Part shown: positions 9,207-18,130 of the stretch, piece by piece | How the letters are laid out: each line of letters starts with the position of its first letter | Numbering within the stretch: position 1 is the stretch's first letter | NCBI GenBank assembly: GCA_041498535.1 | Contig: JBGQIR010000001.1 | Span: 1 to 44,914, forward strand | DNA from: Candidatus Methylomirabilis sp. | GTDB taxonomy: Bacteria; Methylomirabilota; Methylomirabilia; Methylomirabilales; Methylomirabilaceae | Reading direction: 5' to 3' | DNA: 44,914 nucleotides | Notes under the pieces: model-generated | Told to the model about the DNA's origin: nothing | The model's database searches: none | The model's input: the letters and a program-made list of their open reading frames with translations, nothing else | Program-made: the position numbers and the translations under genes

Positions 9207-9299
9207 GTTCAGAGTAGTCCAAACGCGCTTAGAGTTCACAGTAAGAGATCAATCTAGATCGCCTTTCTTGCTGTGAACTGTGAACCATGAACTGTCAAC
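9207..9299. repeat. Heptamer hairpin element (copy E)
   Basis: GTTCAGA..GCTTAGA-GTTCACA-GTAAG left arm; CTTGC-TGTGAAC x2-CATGAAC-TGTCAAC right arm. Confidence 0.8.
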
Positions 9300-9317
9300 C
9301 AAGTGAGGAGCGGGAGG

Positions 9318-9872
9318 ATGATTGCCAGGCTAATCAGGGACCTGCTGAAGCAGATCGGTGAAGACCCCGATCGGGAAGGTCTGCTCAAGACCCCGGAACG
9401 GGTGGAGCGGATGTTCGAATTCCTGACCTCCGGGTACGGAAAGCAGGTCGATGATGTCCTGAATGACGCCGTCTTTCAGGAGAATTATGACGAGATCGTT
9501 GTGGTGAAGGACATCGATTTCTACTCTCTGTGCGAGCATCACCTGCTTCCGTTTTTCGGCAAATGTCACGTCGGCTACCTGCCGGACGGCAAGATCATGG
9601 GGTTGAGCAAGCTCGTCCGGCTGGTCGAGATGTACAGTCGTCGACTCCAGGTGCAGGAGCGCCTCACCTCCGAGATTGCCAGTGCGATCCTGAACGCGCT
9701 GCGTCCGCGGGGGGTAGCTGTCGTGATCGAGGCCCATCACCTCTGCATGATGATGCGCGGGGTGGAGAAACAGAACAGTAAGGCGGTAACCTCGTCGATG
9801 CACGGGATCTTCCGCGAGCGGCTGGAGACCCGGACTGAGTTCATGCAATTGATCCAGCCTCACAACACATGA
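9318..9872 (+). CDS. folE: GTP cyclohydrolase I
   Basis: [52 protein letters not shown]; GGGAGG RBS. Confidence 0.97.
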   Translation: MIARLIRDLLKQIGEDPDREGLLKTPERVERMFEFLTSGYGKQVDDVLNDAVFQENYDEIVVVKDIDFYSLCEHHLLPFFGKCHVGYLPDGKIMGLSKLVRLVEMYSRRLQVQERLTSEIASAILNALRPRGVAVVIEAHHLCMMMRGVEKQNSKAVTSSMHGIFRERLETRTEFMQLIQPHNT

Positions 9873-9906
9873 GGCTGAAAAGTGCGGAGTGCGATGTGCG
9901 GGCTTC

Positions 9907-9930
9907 GTAGGGGCGCTGCTTGCTGCGCCC
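9907..9930. repeat. GTAG-type REP-like palindrome
   Basis: GTAG followed by GGGCGC-N8-GCGCCC; single copy in this window. Confidence 0.45.
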
Positions 9931-9951
9931 TTTTCGAGGCCTGAGAAAGAC

Positions 9952-9982
9952 GCTTGACATTTCAAGCCTGTCTCCTTAAAGT
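9952..9982 (+). promoter_or_regulatory. Sigma70 promoter with a palindromic operator over the -35 box
   Basis: TTGACA(9954-59)-N17-TAAAGT(9977-82); inverted repeat GCTTGA-CATT-TCAAGC at 9952-9967. Confidence 0.6.
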
Positions 9983-10018
9983 TCTAGTTAGTAAGAAAGT
10001 TCAAATTGCTGTTGAAGG

Positions 10019-10444
10019 ATGAAGATGCATAGGTCGGTTATCGAGCGGCAGCGGCTCGGCCACAGGCTGGATGCCGAGGTTGATCTGCCAGTGTATCCCA
10101 TCGGGGTGGTCGCCGAGCATTTCGGAGTCAGCGGCCAGACGCTCCGTCTATATGAGTCGAAGGGCCTGTTAAGGCCGGCGCGGCGAAACGGCGAGCGGTA
10201 CTATTCCACGTGCGATGTCAGGTGGCTTGAATGTCTCCGTCACCTGATCCACGAAGATAAGGTCAGCGTTGAGGGGGTTCGACAGCTATTGCACCTCGCG
10301 CCGTGCTGGCAGGTGGTGCAGAACATCTGGGTCGGCGCAAACTCGATCTGCAGAAATTGCCCAGTCTATCTCAAGGGCAACCGGCAACTCCACGAACGGG
10401 AACGGCAGCGCCCCCGTTCTGATGTTGGGCGGGCCCGGCGATGA
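10019..10444 (+). CDS. MerR/HspR-like transcriptional regulator with Cys-rich C-terminus
   Basis: PVYPIGVVAEHFGVSGQTLRLYESKGLLRPARRNGERYYS HTH; tail PCW...CRNCPVY. Confidence 0.88.
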   Translation: MKMHRSVIERQRLGHRLDAEVDLPVYPIGVVAEHFGVSGQTLRLYESKGLLRPARRNGERYYSTCDVRWLECLRHLIHEDKVSVEGVRQLLHLAPCWQVVQNIWVGANSICRNCPVYLKGNRQLHERERQRPRSDVGRARR

Positions 10445-10486
10445 GGCATGCCTGCCCTGAGCGCGTCGAAGGGGAGGGAGATATCA

Positions 10487-11302
10487 ATGGCTAGTGAACA
10501 ACAGACGGGGGCCATCCCGGGGGTGAAATACCCCATCGCCATCGCCAGCGGCAAAGGCGGGGTCGGAAAGTCAACGGTGGCAGTCAATCTGGCGGTGGCC
10601 CTCGCGGAGACTGGGGCCAAGGTCGGATTGTTAGACGCCGACATTTACGGGCCAAGTATTCCCATCATGATGGGAGTCCATGGGTCGCCCCATGGCGATG
10701 GGCAGAAGATCGAGCCGCTGGAGGGATTCGGCATCAAGCTCATGTCACTCGGCTTCCTGCTGCCGGACAACTCGCCGGTCATCTGGCGCGGACCGATGGT
10801 GGCGGGCGCCATCCAGCAGTTCCTGCGTGAGGTGGAGTGGGGTACCCTGGACTACCTCTTGATAGACCTGCCGCCCGGCACGGGCGATGCCCAGCTCACG
10901 CTGGCTCAAACCATTCCGCTGACCGGCGTCGTGATCGTCATGACGCCGCAGGATGTGGCGATGCAGATCGCCTCTAAAGCGCTCAGCATGTTTCGCCAGT
11001 TGAAGGTCAAGGTGTTGGGCATCATCGAGAACATGAGCTACTTCATCTGCCCCCACTGTCATGAATCGACCGAGATCTTCAGTCGCGGCGGTGGCAGGAA
11101 GGCCAGCGAGCGACTGGGCGTGCCGTTCCTCGGCGAGATACCACTTGACCAGGAACTTCGCGTTGGCGGCGACCTGGGGCAGCCCATCCTCACGCGGGCG
11201 CCGGAATCGCCGACGGCGGCGATCTATCGCAAGCTGGCCGAGACACTGGCCGAGCGAGTCAGGGTCGAGACTCTCGCGGCCCCAATCATTCAGACGCGTT
11301 GA
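10487..11302 (+). CDS. mrp: Mrp/ApbC iron-sulfur cluster carrier ATPase
   Basis: ASGKGGVGKST, DADIYGPS, WRGPM, DLPPGTGD, ENMSYFICPHC. Confidence 0.95.
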   Translation: MASEQQTGAIPGVKYPIAIASGKGGVGKSTVAVNLAVALAETGAKVGLLDADIYGPSIPIMMGVHGSPHGDGQKIEPLEGFGIKLMSLGFLLPDNSPVIWRGPMVAGAIQQFLREVEWGTLDYLLIDLPPGTGDAQLTLAQTIPLTGVVIVMTPQDVAMQIASKALSMFRQLKVKVLGIIENMSYFICPHCHESTEIFSRGGGRKASERLGVPFLGEIPLDQELRVGGDLGQPILTRAPESPTAAIYRKLAETLAERVRVETLAAPIIQTR

Positions 11303-11430
11303 CTGTTCGGGATGTCACCTATCATGCGTCGCACTGCTTATGCGAGGGCCGGGCCGGCCTCCTGGAGGGCGCAAAGAGGCGCGCGTGAAGACACGGAGGG
11401 TCGGGTCCGGCGAAGGGAGCGAGACTCATC

Positions 11431-11598
11431 ATGTCAGTTGAGAGTGAGGATGTCTTCGAGCGGATCCGGAAGGAACTGATCTCCATTCAGGAGCAAGGGA
11501 ATAAGATCACGGAACGCGACCTATTGCGACTGTCGGCATTGACCGGGATCGACTATTCCACTATATTACGGATCGAGCAGGAGATTCTCAGGAGATAA
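11431..11598 (+). CDS. Small 55-aa HTH-like protein (not in ORF track)
   Basis: AAGGGAG RBS; MSVESEDVFERIRKELISIQEQGNKITERDLLRLSALTGIDYSTILRIEQEILRR*; fills the mrp-moaB gap and ends 10 nt before moaB. Confidence 0.7.
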   Translation: MSVESEDVFERIRKELISIQEQGNKITERDLLRLSALTGIDYSTILRIEQEILRR

Positions 11599-11608
11599 CG
11601 GAGAAGCC

Positions 11609-12115
11609 ATGGGTGTCCACGATCATCAAGAAGAGGCGAAGAAGGTAGGCCCGGTCCGATACGCCAGGCTAAGCATCACCGACAGTCGCAAACCGCAGGA
11701 TGATCACTCGGGCCGGCTCATTGAAGCGCTCTTGAACGAGGCCGGACACTCCCAGGTGGCGTCAATGATCCTGAAGAACGATCTCAAAGGACTGAGGGAG
11801 GTCATCAAGAAGCTGTGCGAAGAGGAAGTCGATCTGATCGTGACGACGGGGGGGACCGGGCTCAGCAAAAAGGATCAAACGATTGAGGCCATCAGCCCCC
11901 TTTTGGACAAGGTGCTCACGGGTTTCGGCGAGCTGTTCCGAAGCCTGAGCTTCCAGGAGGTCGGGAGCGCCGCCCTGATGAGCCGCGCGCTGTGTGGGAC
12001 GGCGAAGGGGAAGGTCATCGTGTGCTTGCCGGGATCAGAACACGCCGTGCGTCTCGCCCTGACGAAGCTCCTGATCCCCGAGGCGCGCCACCTCGTCTGG
12101 CAGGCGACCCGGTGA
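11609..12115 (+). CDS. moaB: Molybdenum cofactor biosynthesis protein MoaB/Mog family
   Basis: TDSRK..DDHSG, TTGGTGLS..DQTIEA, GFGELFR, AALMSRA, CLPGS. Confidence 0.92.
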   Translation: MGVHDHQEEAKKVGPVRYARLSITDSRKPQDDHSGRLIEALLNEAGHSQVASMILKNDLKGLREVIKKLCEEEVDLIVTTGGTGLSKKDQTIEAISPLLDKVLTGFGELFRSLSFQEVGSAALMSRALCGTAKGKVIVCLPGSEHAVRLALTKLLIPEARHLVWQATR

Positions 12116-12135
12116 AGTAGGAAGGAGGGAACAGG

Positions 12136-12333
12136 ATGGCGGAACAGGAACGGAAGCAAAAACGGGACGCTGGTGGTGCTCCGCCCGAGGGTGGCCAGCC
12201 AAGTCCTGAGGTGGCAAAAAAAGGAAAGAAATTGAAGGAGGACCTCGACAAACTGATGGATGAGATCGACGAGGTCCTCGAGGAGAATGCCGAGGAGTTT
12301 GTGAAAAGCTACGTCCAGCGCGGTGGAGAATAA
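12136..12333 (+). CDS. pup: Prokaryotic ubiquitin-like protein Pup
   Basis: LDKLMDEIDEVLEENAEEFVKSYVQRGGE matches the Pup C-terminal signature; disordered N-terminus; strong RBS. Confidence 0.93.
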   Translation: MAEQERKQKRDAGGAPPEGGQPSPEVAKKGKKLKEDLDKLMDEIDEVLEENAEEFVKSYVQRGGE

Positions 12334-12356
12334 CACGGAGGAGGGGGTTTCCAGAG

Positions 12357-12569
12357 ATGCCGATTTACGAGTATCTCTGCTCCGGTTGCGGCCGGATATT
12401 TGAAAAACTCGTCTTGGAGCGCGAGACTTCAATAGAATGTCCGAGCTGCCCAGGCGCGTCCGTCGAGAAGCAGTTCTCCGCTTTCAGCGTTCAGGGAGCG
12501 CGGGGTTTCGTCGGTTCTGGCGCGGGGTGAGGAGGCTGTGGGGCAGGCGGGTGAGGCTGCGCCCACTAA
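12357..12569 (+). CDS. FmdB-family zinc-ribbon protein with two probable selenocysteines, 70 aa (not in ORF track)
   Basis: GGAGGAGG RBS; MPIYEYLCSGCGRIFEKL..IECPSC..VEKQFSAF..GAG(TGA 12528-30)GGCGAGG(TGA 12552-54)GCAH-TAA. Confidence 0.82.
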
Positions 12570-12587
12570 CCTCGGCGGGCCCGAGGT
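12538..12587 (+). promoter_or_regulatory. Two tandem putative SECIS hairpins
   Basis: GTGGG-GCAG/CTGC-G-CCCAC (12538-12566) after UGA1; ACCTCGG-CGGGC-CCGAGGT (12569-12587) after UGA2. Confidence 0.55.
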
Positions 12588-12690
12588 GAAGCAACTCTCA
12601 GGAGAACCTTTCCAGGTTGCTCGAGCTCATGTGGCTGGCTTTGAAATCTGCATTAGCTCCATGTGAATAATCCCGTGGGAATCGATCATG

Positions 12691-12728
12691 AGGCTGAGCG
12701 TTTGATTTGCTCAGCCTTTTGCTTTTTC
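12691..12728 (+). terminator. Intrinsic terminator
   Basis: AGGCTGAGCG/TGCTCAGCCT stem followed by TTTGCTTTTT, between convergent units. Confidence 0.65.
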
Positions 12729-12818
12729 GTTGTGTGGATCGGACACCACTGCCCTGATCGTGTGCATCTTCGTATTGACGGTCACGAAACGGGCCTTGGC
12801 GGTCCAGGGACGGTGACT

Positions 12819-13829
12819 TCACCTCCCTCCATCCTTCGGTGAACGTTGGTACTGCTGCAAGTCGGCCTTTACCATCATCTCGATCAGCTCCTTGAAGGGT
12901 ACCCTCGGTTTCCAGCCTAGATGGGTTCTCGCCTTGGTGGAGTCGCCTTGTAACAGTTCGACCTCGGCGGGACGCAGCAGCCCCGGATCGACGACGACGT
13001 GGTGTTTCCAACTGAGGCCTGCGGCCCCGAATGCGATCTCCACCAGTTCTCGAACCGAGTGAGTCTCGCCGGTGGCGATGACGTAGTCATCGGGGAAGTC
13101 CTGCTGGAGCATCAGCCACATCGCTTCGACGTAGTCGCCCGCGAAGCCCCAGTCGCGCTTGGCGTCGAGGTTGCCCAGTCGCAGTTCGGTAGCTAGACCG
13201 TGCGCGATGCGGGCGACGCCATCCGTCACTTTCCTACTCACGAATTCTTTGCCCCGGCGGGGGGACTCATGGTTGAAGAGAATCCCGGAAACGGCAAAGA
13301 GGTGATGACTTTCCCGGTGGTTCACGGTTACCCAATGCCCGAAGGCCTTGGCCACCCCGTAAGGACTTCGCGGATAGAAGGGGGTGCGCTCGTTTTGGGG
13401 CATCTCGACCGCCTTCCCGAACATCTCGCTGCTGCTGGCCTGGAAGAATCGGGCGCGGGGGCACTCCAGCCGGATCGCCTCGAGGAGCCGGGCGACCCCG
13501 AGAGCAGTGAACTGTGTGGTCGCGATCGGCTGCGTCCACGAGGCGGGGACGAACGATTGGGACGCCAGATTATAGACCTCGTCCGGCTGCACCGCTCTTA
13601 CGACCGAAATCAGAGACGATTGATCCAGGAGATCGCCGGGCACGAGCGCGATCCGTTTCAGCAGATGCTCGATCCGTTCCAGGTGCTCCGTGCTGGAGCG
13701 GCGAACCATCCCGAAGACCTCGTATCCTTTCTGAAGGAGGAATTCGGCGAGGTATGATCCGTCCTGTCCGGTGATCCCGGTCAGGAGCGCCCGCTTTACC
13801 GTGCGCCCCAGGCAATCGCCAGCCAGCAA
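12819..13829 (-). CDS. gmd: GDP-mannose 4,6-dehydratase
   Basis: [55 protein letters not shown]. Start uncertain (TTG). Confidence 0.95.
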   Translation of the reverse strand: MLAGDCLGRTVKRALLTGITGQDGSYLAEFLLQKGYEVFGMVRRSSTEHLERIEHLLKRIALVPGDLLDQSSLISVVRAVQPDEVYNLASQSFVPASWTQPIATTQFTALGVARLLEAIRLECPRARFFQASSSEMFGKAVEMPQNERTPFYPRSPYGVAKAFGHWVTVNHRESHHLFAVSGILFNHESPRRGKEFVSRKVTDGVARIAHGLATELRLGNLDAKRDWGFAGDYVEAMWLMLQQDFPDDYVIATGETHSVRELVEIAFGAAGLSWKHHVVVDPGLLRPAEVELLQGDSTKARTHLGWKPRVPFKELIEMMVKADLQQYQRSPKDGGR

Positions 13830-14582
13830 CTCAGAATCCGGCTCTTGAGCACATCTGGGCGTTGAACCCTGGGATCGAGAAGCTGTCGGTCGTAGCGGGC
13901 CACGATGAGGTAGTGTGGTAGCGATACCGGCGGTCGATTGTTCTCGGGTGGGTCAAGAGGTGAGAGACGTACATCTCCATTCCGCGATCTGCCCGGAAAG
14001 GGAAAGGGAATGTCCGCGCTAATGGGCACGGGTCGTACCCCGAAGAGCGTCCTGGTCCTGGAGGTGAACCGGATCCTTTTCAGGGCAACCTGAAATCATA
14101 TGGGATCGGTCTTCCCTCTGCCCGAGCGCTCACATAGTATGCGAGAAAAACGTTCCTGCACCCCAGGGGGGTACGACTGGGACCCTTTCGGCACCTAGGA
14201 GCAAAAAGGCAAATCCAACGTGTTTGTCGATCACTATTACTTGAAGCTATTAGAACATACCTGCCGGGCCCGATGATGTCAATGCGTTTCTGGGGATTCC
14301 TCATCCGTGAACGGGAAGGAGGCGCGATGCCGCGAACGTCGGGCAAGTCGGCGAGGGGGGCACGTAGTCTCAGCCGAACGACGGTTACAGTGTCCACCTC
14401 GAGGTCATCATTGCTATCGTAGCAATGTGAATATATCAGGGTAACGTCAACGTGAAAATGTCAGGGTGCGAGCGCATAGAGTTCGGCTGCGGTCATCGTG
14501 TCAGGTTCATCGTTAGAGCTATCTCCCGACGCCCGTTCGTGCGATATAGGCCAATTGTGTGGGCCGTTTTGGCGTGATTGGC

Positions 14583-15060
14583 GGGTGCACTTGACTCAAC
14601 CTGTCGTCTGATGTAACATCCCTGCACCTCGGAGGGGTACCCTCAGACGCCCCTGGAGTTTGAAGAGGTTGCCCGCAGAGGAGGCCTGTCGGGCTTACTG
14701 AGTTCGGCTGCGGTGGCCCGAGGGGTTTTGCTGTCCGCGGTGCCAACACGAGCAGGCATTGGAGACGCACCGGGAGCTCTTGGAGTGTCGGGCGTGTCGG
14801 GCCCATGCCTCTGTGACCGCAGGGGCCCTCCTCCATCGGAGCCAGCTACCCCTCACGCTCTGGTTCCGGGCGATATGGGCGATCACCAACCAGGAGGGTG
14901 GCGCAAGTGCTTTGGGCCTCCAACTCGCCTTGGGACTCGGCAGCTACCGGACAACCTGGATCTGCCTGCACACGTTGCGTCGGGCCATGGAATGCCCCGG
15001 GCAGGATCCACTGACCGGCGAGGTTGAAGCGGACGAGATCTTCGGGGGCGGTGTCGAGAA
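14583..15060 (+). mobile_element. Truncated, degraded IS1595-family (ISXO2-like) element
   Basis: YPQTPLEFE, EEACRAY(stop), RLRWPEGFCCPRC, SVTAG, WFRAIW, SALGLQLALGLGSY, LHTLRRAM, GEVEADE; frameshift and stop; possible left end GGGTGCACTTGACTCA near 14583. Confidence 0.8.
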
Positions 15061-15063
15061 GGA

Positions 15064-15433
15064 AAGATCCATGGGCGAGGCCTTCTGCTGCTGATCCACG
15101 GCAAGCAGATGGAGGAGCTCCCCGAATTGGTGGAAGCGTGTGGCCTGGGCAACCCGGATCGCCGTCAACGGCTGATAGGGATCAGGGTTCCTCCTTGGAA
15201 GTACGTTGTCGCGCCGCAGAATTCCGGGATCCCACGGAACTCTACAGCCTGGGCCGAGATCCCCTGGGATCCCAGAATCTCATGGCTCAGTATCCCGCTA
15301 TCGCCGATAAGCTCCAGACCGCGATCGATGCCGCCCTATCCGGATTGGCGGGGAGAGCATCGCCTGGCCGATGACTCAAGAGGACGAGGAGAAGGTTGAG
15401 GAATGGATGCGTGAATTAGGATATATTGACTAA
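15064..15433 (+). pseudogene. C-terminal fragment of a sulfatase-like gene, paralog of 21169..22419
   Basis: KIHGRGLL..EACGLGNPD..GIRVPPWKY / ELYSLGRDP / MTQEDEEKVEEWMRELGYID* spread over different frames. Confidence 0.85.
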
Positions 15434-15577
15434 TGCCGTTCCAACTTGTTAGGACAAATTGCAAACGTATGCGACGACCGATTCAGATGCCTGCGGGTCA
15501 TTTTGTCGCTAGGCGGATAAAGTTGCAACGGCACTAATCCGTAGACACCCCTGCCGGTCGGATTCACAAATAGTCTC

Positions 15578-16771
15578 ATGAGAAGGAATCTCCTGTTCTT
15601 GCTGATCGACGGCCTGAGGGCCGATCTCTGCTATGGCGAACAGGGCTCGGCAAAAACGCCTATCCTCAGCCGGCTGCGTCAACAAGGAACGTCATTCAAT
15701 CAGGCGATCGCCGCGGCAAGCAGTACCTCCCCGTGCGTAGGCAGCATCATGACGAGCCTTTATCCCTTTGCCCATGGCCTTCGCCATAGCGTCGGCTATA
15801 GACTGACACCGGCCTGCAGATCGCTGGCAGAGATCCTTCGGCAACAGGGGTATCAGACCTGCGCCATGGTCACGGGCGGCTCCGTCCTCCCGGACACTGG
15901 TCTCAATCGTGGTTTTGACGAGTATGACATTCGAGAGCGTGATGAGCACCTGTACAGCGAATGGCGGAAAAGGCTGGATGCCCAACTTGACCGTCTAGCC
16001 CGGCAGCGAGAAGGATGGTTTTTTCTGCTGCACCTCTGGGAGGTCCATGTCCCCCAATATTTCTCTCCGAGCTTCAATCGGCCGCAGTTCGGCAAGACTC
16101 GCTATGAGCGAGCCCTCTCGTCCCTCGACCACGAGCTTGGGAGGATCCTGGAACGTATCGATCTCGAACGGACCTGCATCGTCCTGCACGGTGATCACGA
16201 CGAGCGTTTCGAAAATTCGATCCTGGAAACGGCGATCAGGAAGGCGAAATTTCATCTGCTGGGATGGGGGGGTGGGAGAGGATGGTACAAACTCAACCAT
16301 GGGTACCACGTCTATGAATTCCTGGTCCGCGTCCCGCTCCTCTTCATCGGGCGGGGACTTTTCCCGGCAGGCAGGCAGATAGAAACGCAGGTCCGGCAGA
16401 TCGATATCATGCCCACGATCCTTGAGGCCATGAGTATCCCCCTTGACCAACATATGAGGATTCATGGTCGCAGTCTGCTTCCGCTGATTAGGGGCGAGCA
16501 GTCGGGGGAGCTGCCAGCCTTGATGGAGGCCTCTGCTGATGCGATCCCCGACTCCCGGAGCTGGCTAAGGGGCATCCGGGTTCCTCCCTGGAAATATGTT
16601 TACGCGCCGCGAAATCCTAAGATACGGCCCGAACTGTACCATCTAGGCGAAGACCCCAGGGAATCAACGAACCTCCTCGATCGTTACCCATCCATCGCTC
16701 AGTCGCTCCGGCGGACCATCGAGGAGATCTGCTCTGCTGATGAGGTCCGGACACCTGTACAAACGAGTTGA
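15578..16771 (+). CDS. Sulfatase-like (alkaline phosphatase superfamily) protein, non-FGly type
   Basis: NLLFLLIDGLRAD, STSPCVGSIMT, HLWEVHVP, GDHD, RQIDIMPTIL, ELYHLGEDP. Confidence 0.85.
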   Translation: MRRNLLFLLIDGLRADLCYGEQGSAKTPILSRLRQQGTSFNQAIAAASSTSPCVGSIMTSLYPFAHGLRHSVGYRLTPACRSLAEILRQQGYQTCAMVTGGSVLPDTGLNRGFDEYDIRERDEHLYSEWRKRLDAQLDRLARQREGWFFLLHLWEVHVPQYFSPSFNRPQFGKTRYERALSSLDHELGRILERIDLERTCIVLHGDHDERFENSILETAIRKAKFHLLGWGGGRGWYKLNHGYHVYEFLVRVPLLFIGRGLFPAGRQIETQVRQIDIMPTILEAMSIPLDQHMRIHGRSLLPLIRGEQSGELPALMEASADAIPDSRSWLRGIRVPPWKYVYAPRNPKIRPELYHLGEDPRESTNLLDRYPSIAQSLRRTIEEICSADEVRTPVQTS

Positions 16772-17020
16772 TCACCCCGTCCATCCTCTTCGCAAATTCC
16801 GGCCGATTCCCTATGGTGAAGAGGCGGATTTGCATACACCTCCCGGGCCTGCTGGAGTGACGCCGGATGTTTCATTGTCTTTGCAGGGAAGCCGGCCTCG
16901 CGGCGCACCTGATCCCCCGAAATCCTCCCCAAAGTCATCCGTCACGCGGCGCGACTGTCCTTGATTGACAAGCTACAGAGAAATCAAGTACTTTACTTGC
17001 AGACGGAAGGGAGGATGGGA

Positions 17021-18130
17021 ATGACAACTGCGGCGAGAGAACGAGTTCTTCTGATCCCGTTCTCGGGGTTAGGGGATCTCATGATGCACCTGCCTCTGGT
17101 GACAGTGCTGAAGCAGGACTTCGACGTGGACGTCGTGATCGAGCGTACCTATGAGTCCTTCGGGAGCTTTCTTGAGGCGCATGGGATTCTCTCCCGCTAT
17201 TTGCTCTGCAACCAGTCGAAGACCCTGGCGGGATTTATCGCCAAGGTCGCCTTTTTCCTCACTGAAGTCGACTCCAGATCTTACCGGTATATTATGGTCT
17301 ATGACCGACCGCTCTTTAGCCTTCTCTCCTTGATGCTTCCATCTCGGAAGGTGATCCGATACGGGCTTCTTAGAAAAACACTGCGGGGCCCCATTGGGTG
17401 GAGCCCCCATGCAAGCACGACAAATCAGACAGAAGCGGTCATGGATTTTGGCAGGTATCTGGCATATCCGGCGGCCAACCAATCATACACATTTCCAGAA
17501 GTGGTCATCGACGGTTGTGTACGCCGCGCTCGTCGGCTGCTCGGTACGTTCGGAATCGACGGACTCGGCGATCGACTACTGGCCATCTGTCCATTCGCCA
17601 ATCACCCGTACAAGCAAGCCCCGTTCACGCTTTTCCATAAGGTGGCTCGTCACGCGCTGGGCCTAAACATTCCAGTCGCCATGGTTGGGCCATCCTCCGA
17701 TAGGTGGCGGGCGGAGGCGTTCCGGCAGCAGTTCGGGCTGCAGGAGCCGGGGAAGCTTCTCGACTTGGTCGGGGCGCTCGATTGGGAGGAGACCGTTGGT
17801 CTCTTGGCATTGAGCGCCGCAGTCGTTTCCAACGACTCGGGAATCATGCATGTAAGCCTGGCCTGCGGCACCACTACCGTGGCCTTCTTCGGGCCGACGG
17901 ACCCAGACGGCCTGATCCCCAGGACCACTGAGCACCTCCACCCCATTTTCCTCCGCCTGCCATGCCAACCCTGCTGGCATAAGGGCCCGACCGGGAGGTT
18001 TCACTGCCCTGACACCAAGAAGGCTTGTCTCGAACAGATAGATGCCGACAGCGTCATCAGGCTGGTGTCCGGGCTTGTCGCGGGCCGCCTGCCGGATGAT
18101 CTATCCCTTTCTCCGACAGAGAAGCGCTGA
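17021..18130 (+). CDS. GT9 (heptosyltransferase-like) glycosyltransferase
   Basis: GLGDLMMHLP, VSNDSGIMHVS, VAFFGPTDP, LPCQPC...C; start may be 17015 or 17021. Confidence 0.88.
   Translation: MTTAARERVLLIPFSGLGDLMMHLPLVTVLKQDFDVDVVIERTYESFGSFLEAHGILSRYLLCNQSKTLAGFIAKVAFFLTEVDSRSYRYIMVYDRPLFSLLSLMLPSRKVIRYGLLRKTLRGPIGWSPHASTTNQTEAVMDFGRYLAYPAANQSYTFPEVVIDGCVRRARRLLGTFGIDGLGDRLLAICPFANHPYKQAPFTLFHKVARHALGLNIPVAMVGPSSDRWRAEAFRQQFGLQEPGKLLDLVGALDWEETVGLLALSAAVVSNDSGIMHVSLACGTTTVAFFGPTDPDGLIPRTTEHLHPIFLRLPCQPCWHKGPTGRFHCPDTKKACLEQIDADSVIRLVSGLVAGRLPDDLSLSPTEKR

Noticed and set aside
11303-11430. Moco riboswitch upstream of moaB
   Set aside because: GC-rich and foldable, but I could not match it to the motif by eye; an Rfam scan would be needed.
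9870-12115. Sec readthrough at the TGA stops of folE, merR, mrp and moaB
   Set aside because: These proteins are complete at their stops and no Cys-motif continuation follows.
12136-12333. UBact rather than Pup
   Set aside because: The DEIDEVLEENAEEFV..YVQRGGE signature is Pup-type.
13830-14580. Short ORFs and a possible IS end near 14440-14467
   Set aside because: No partner inverted repeat or recognisable protein was found.
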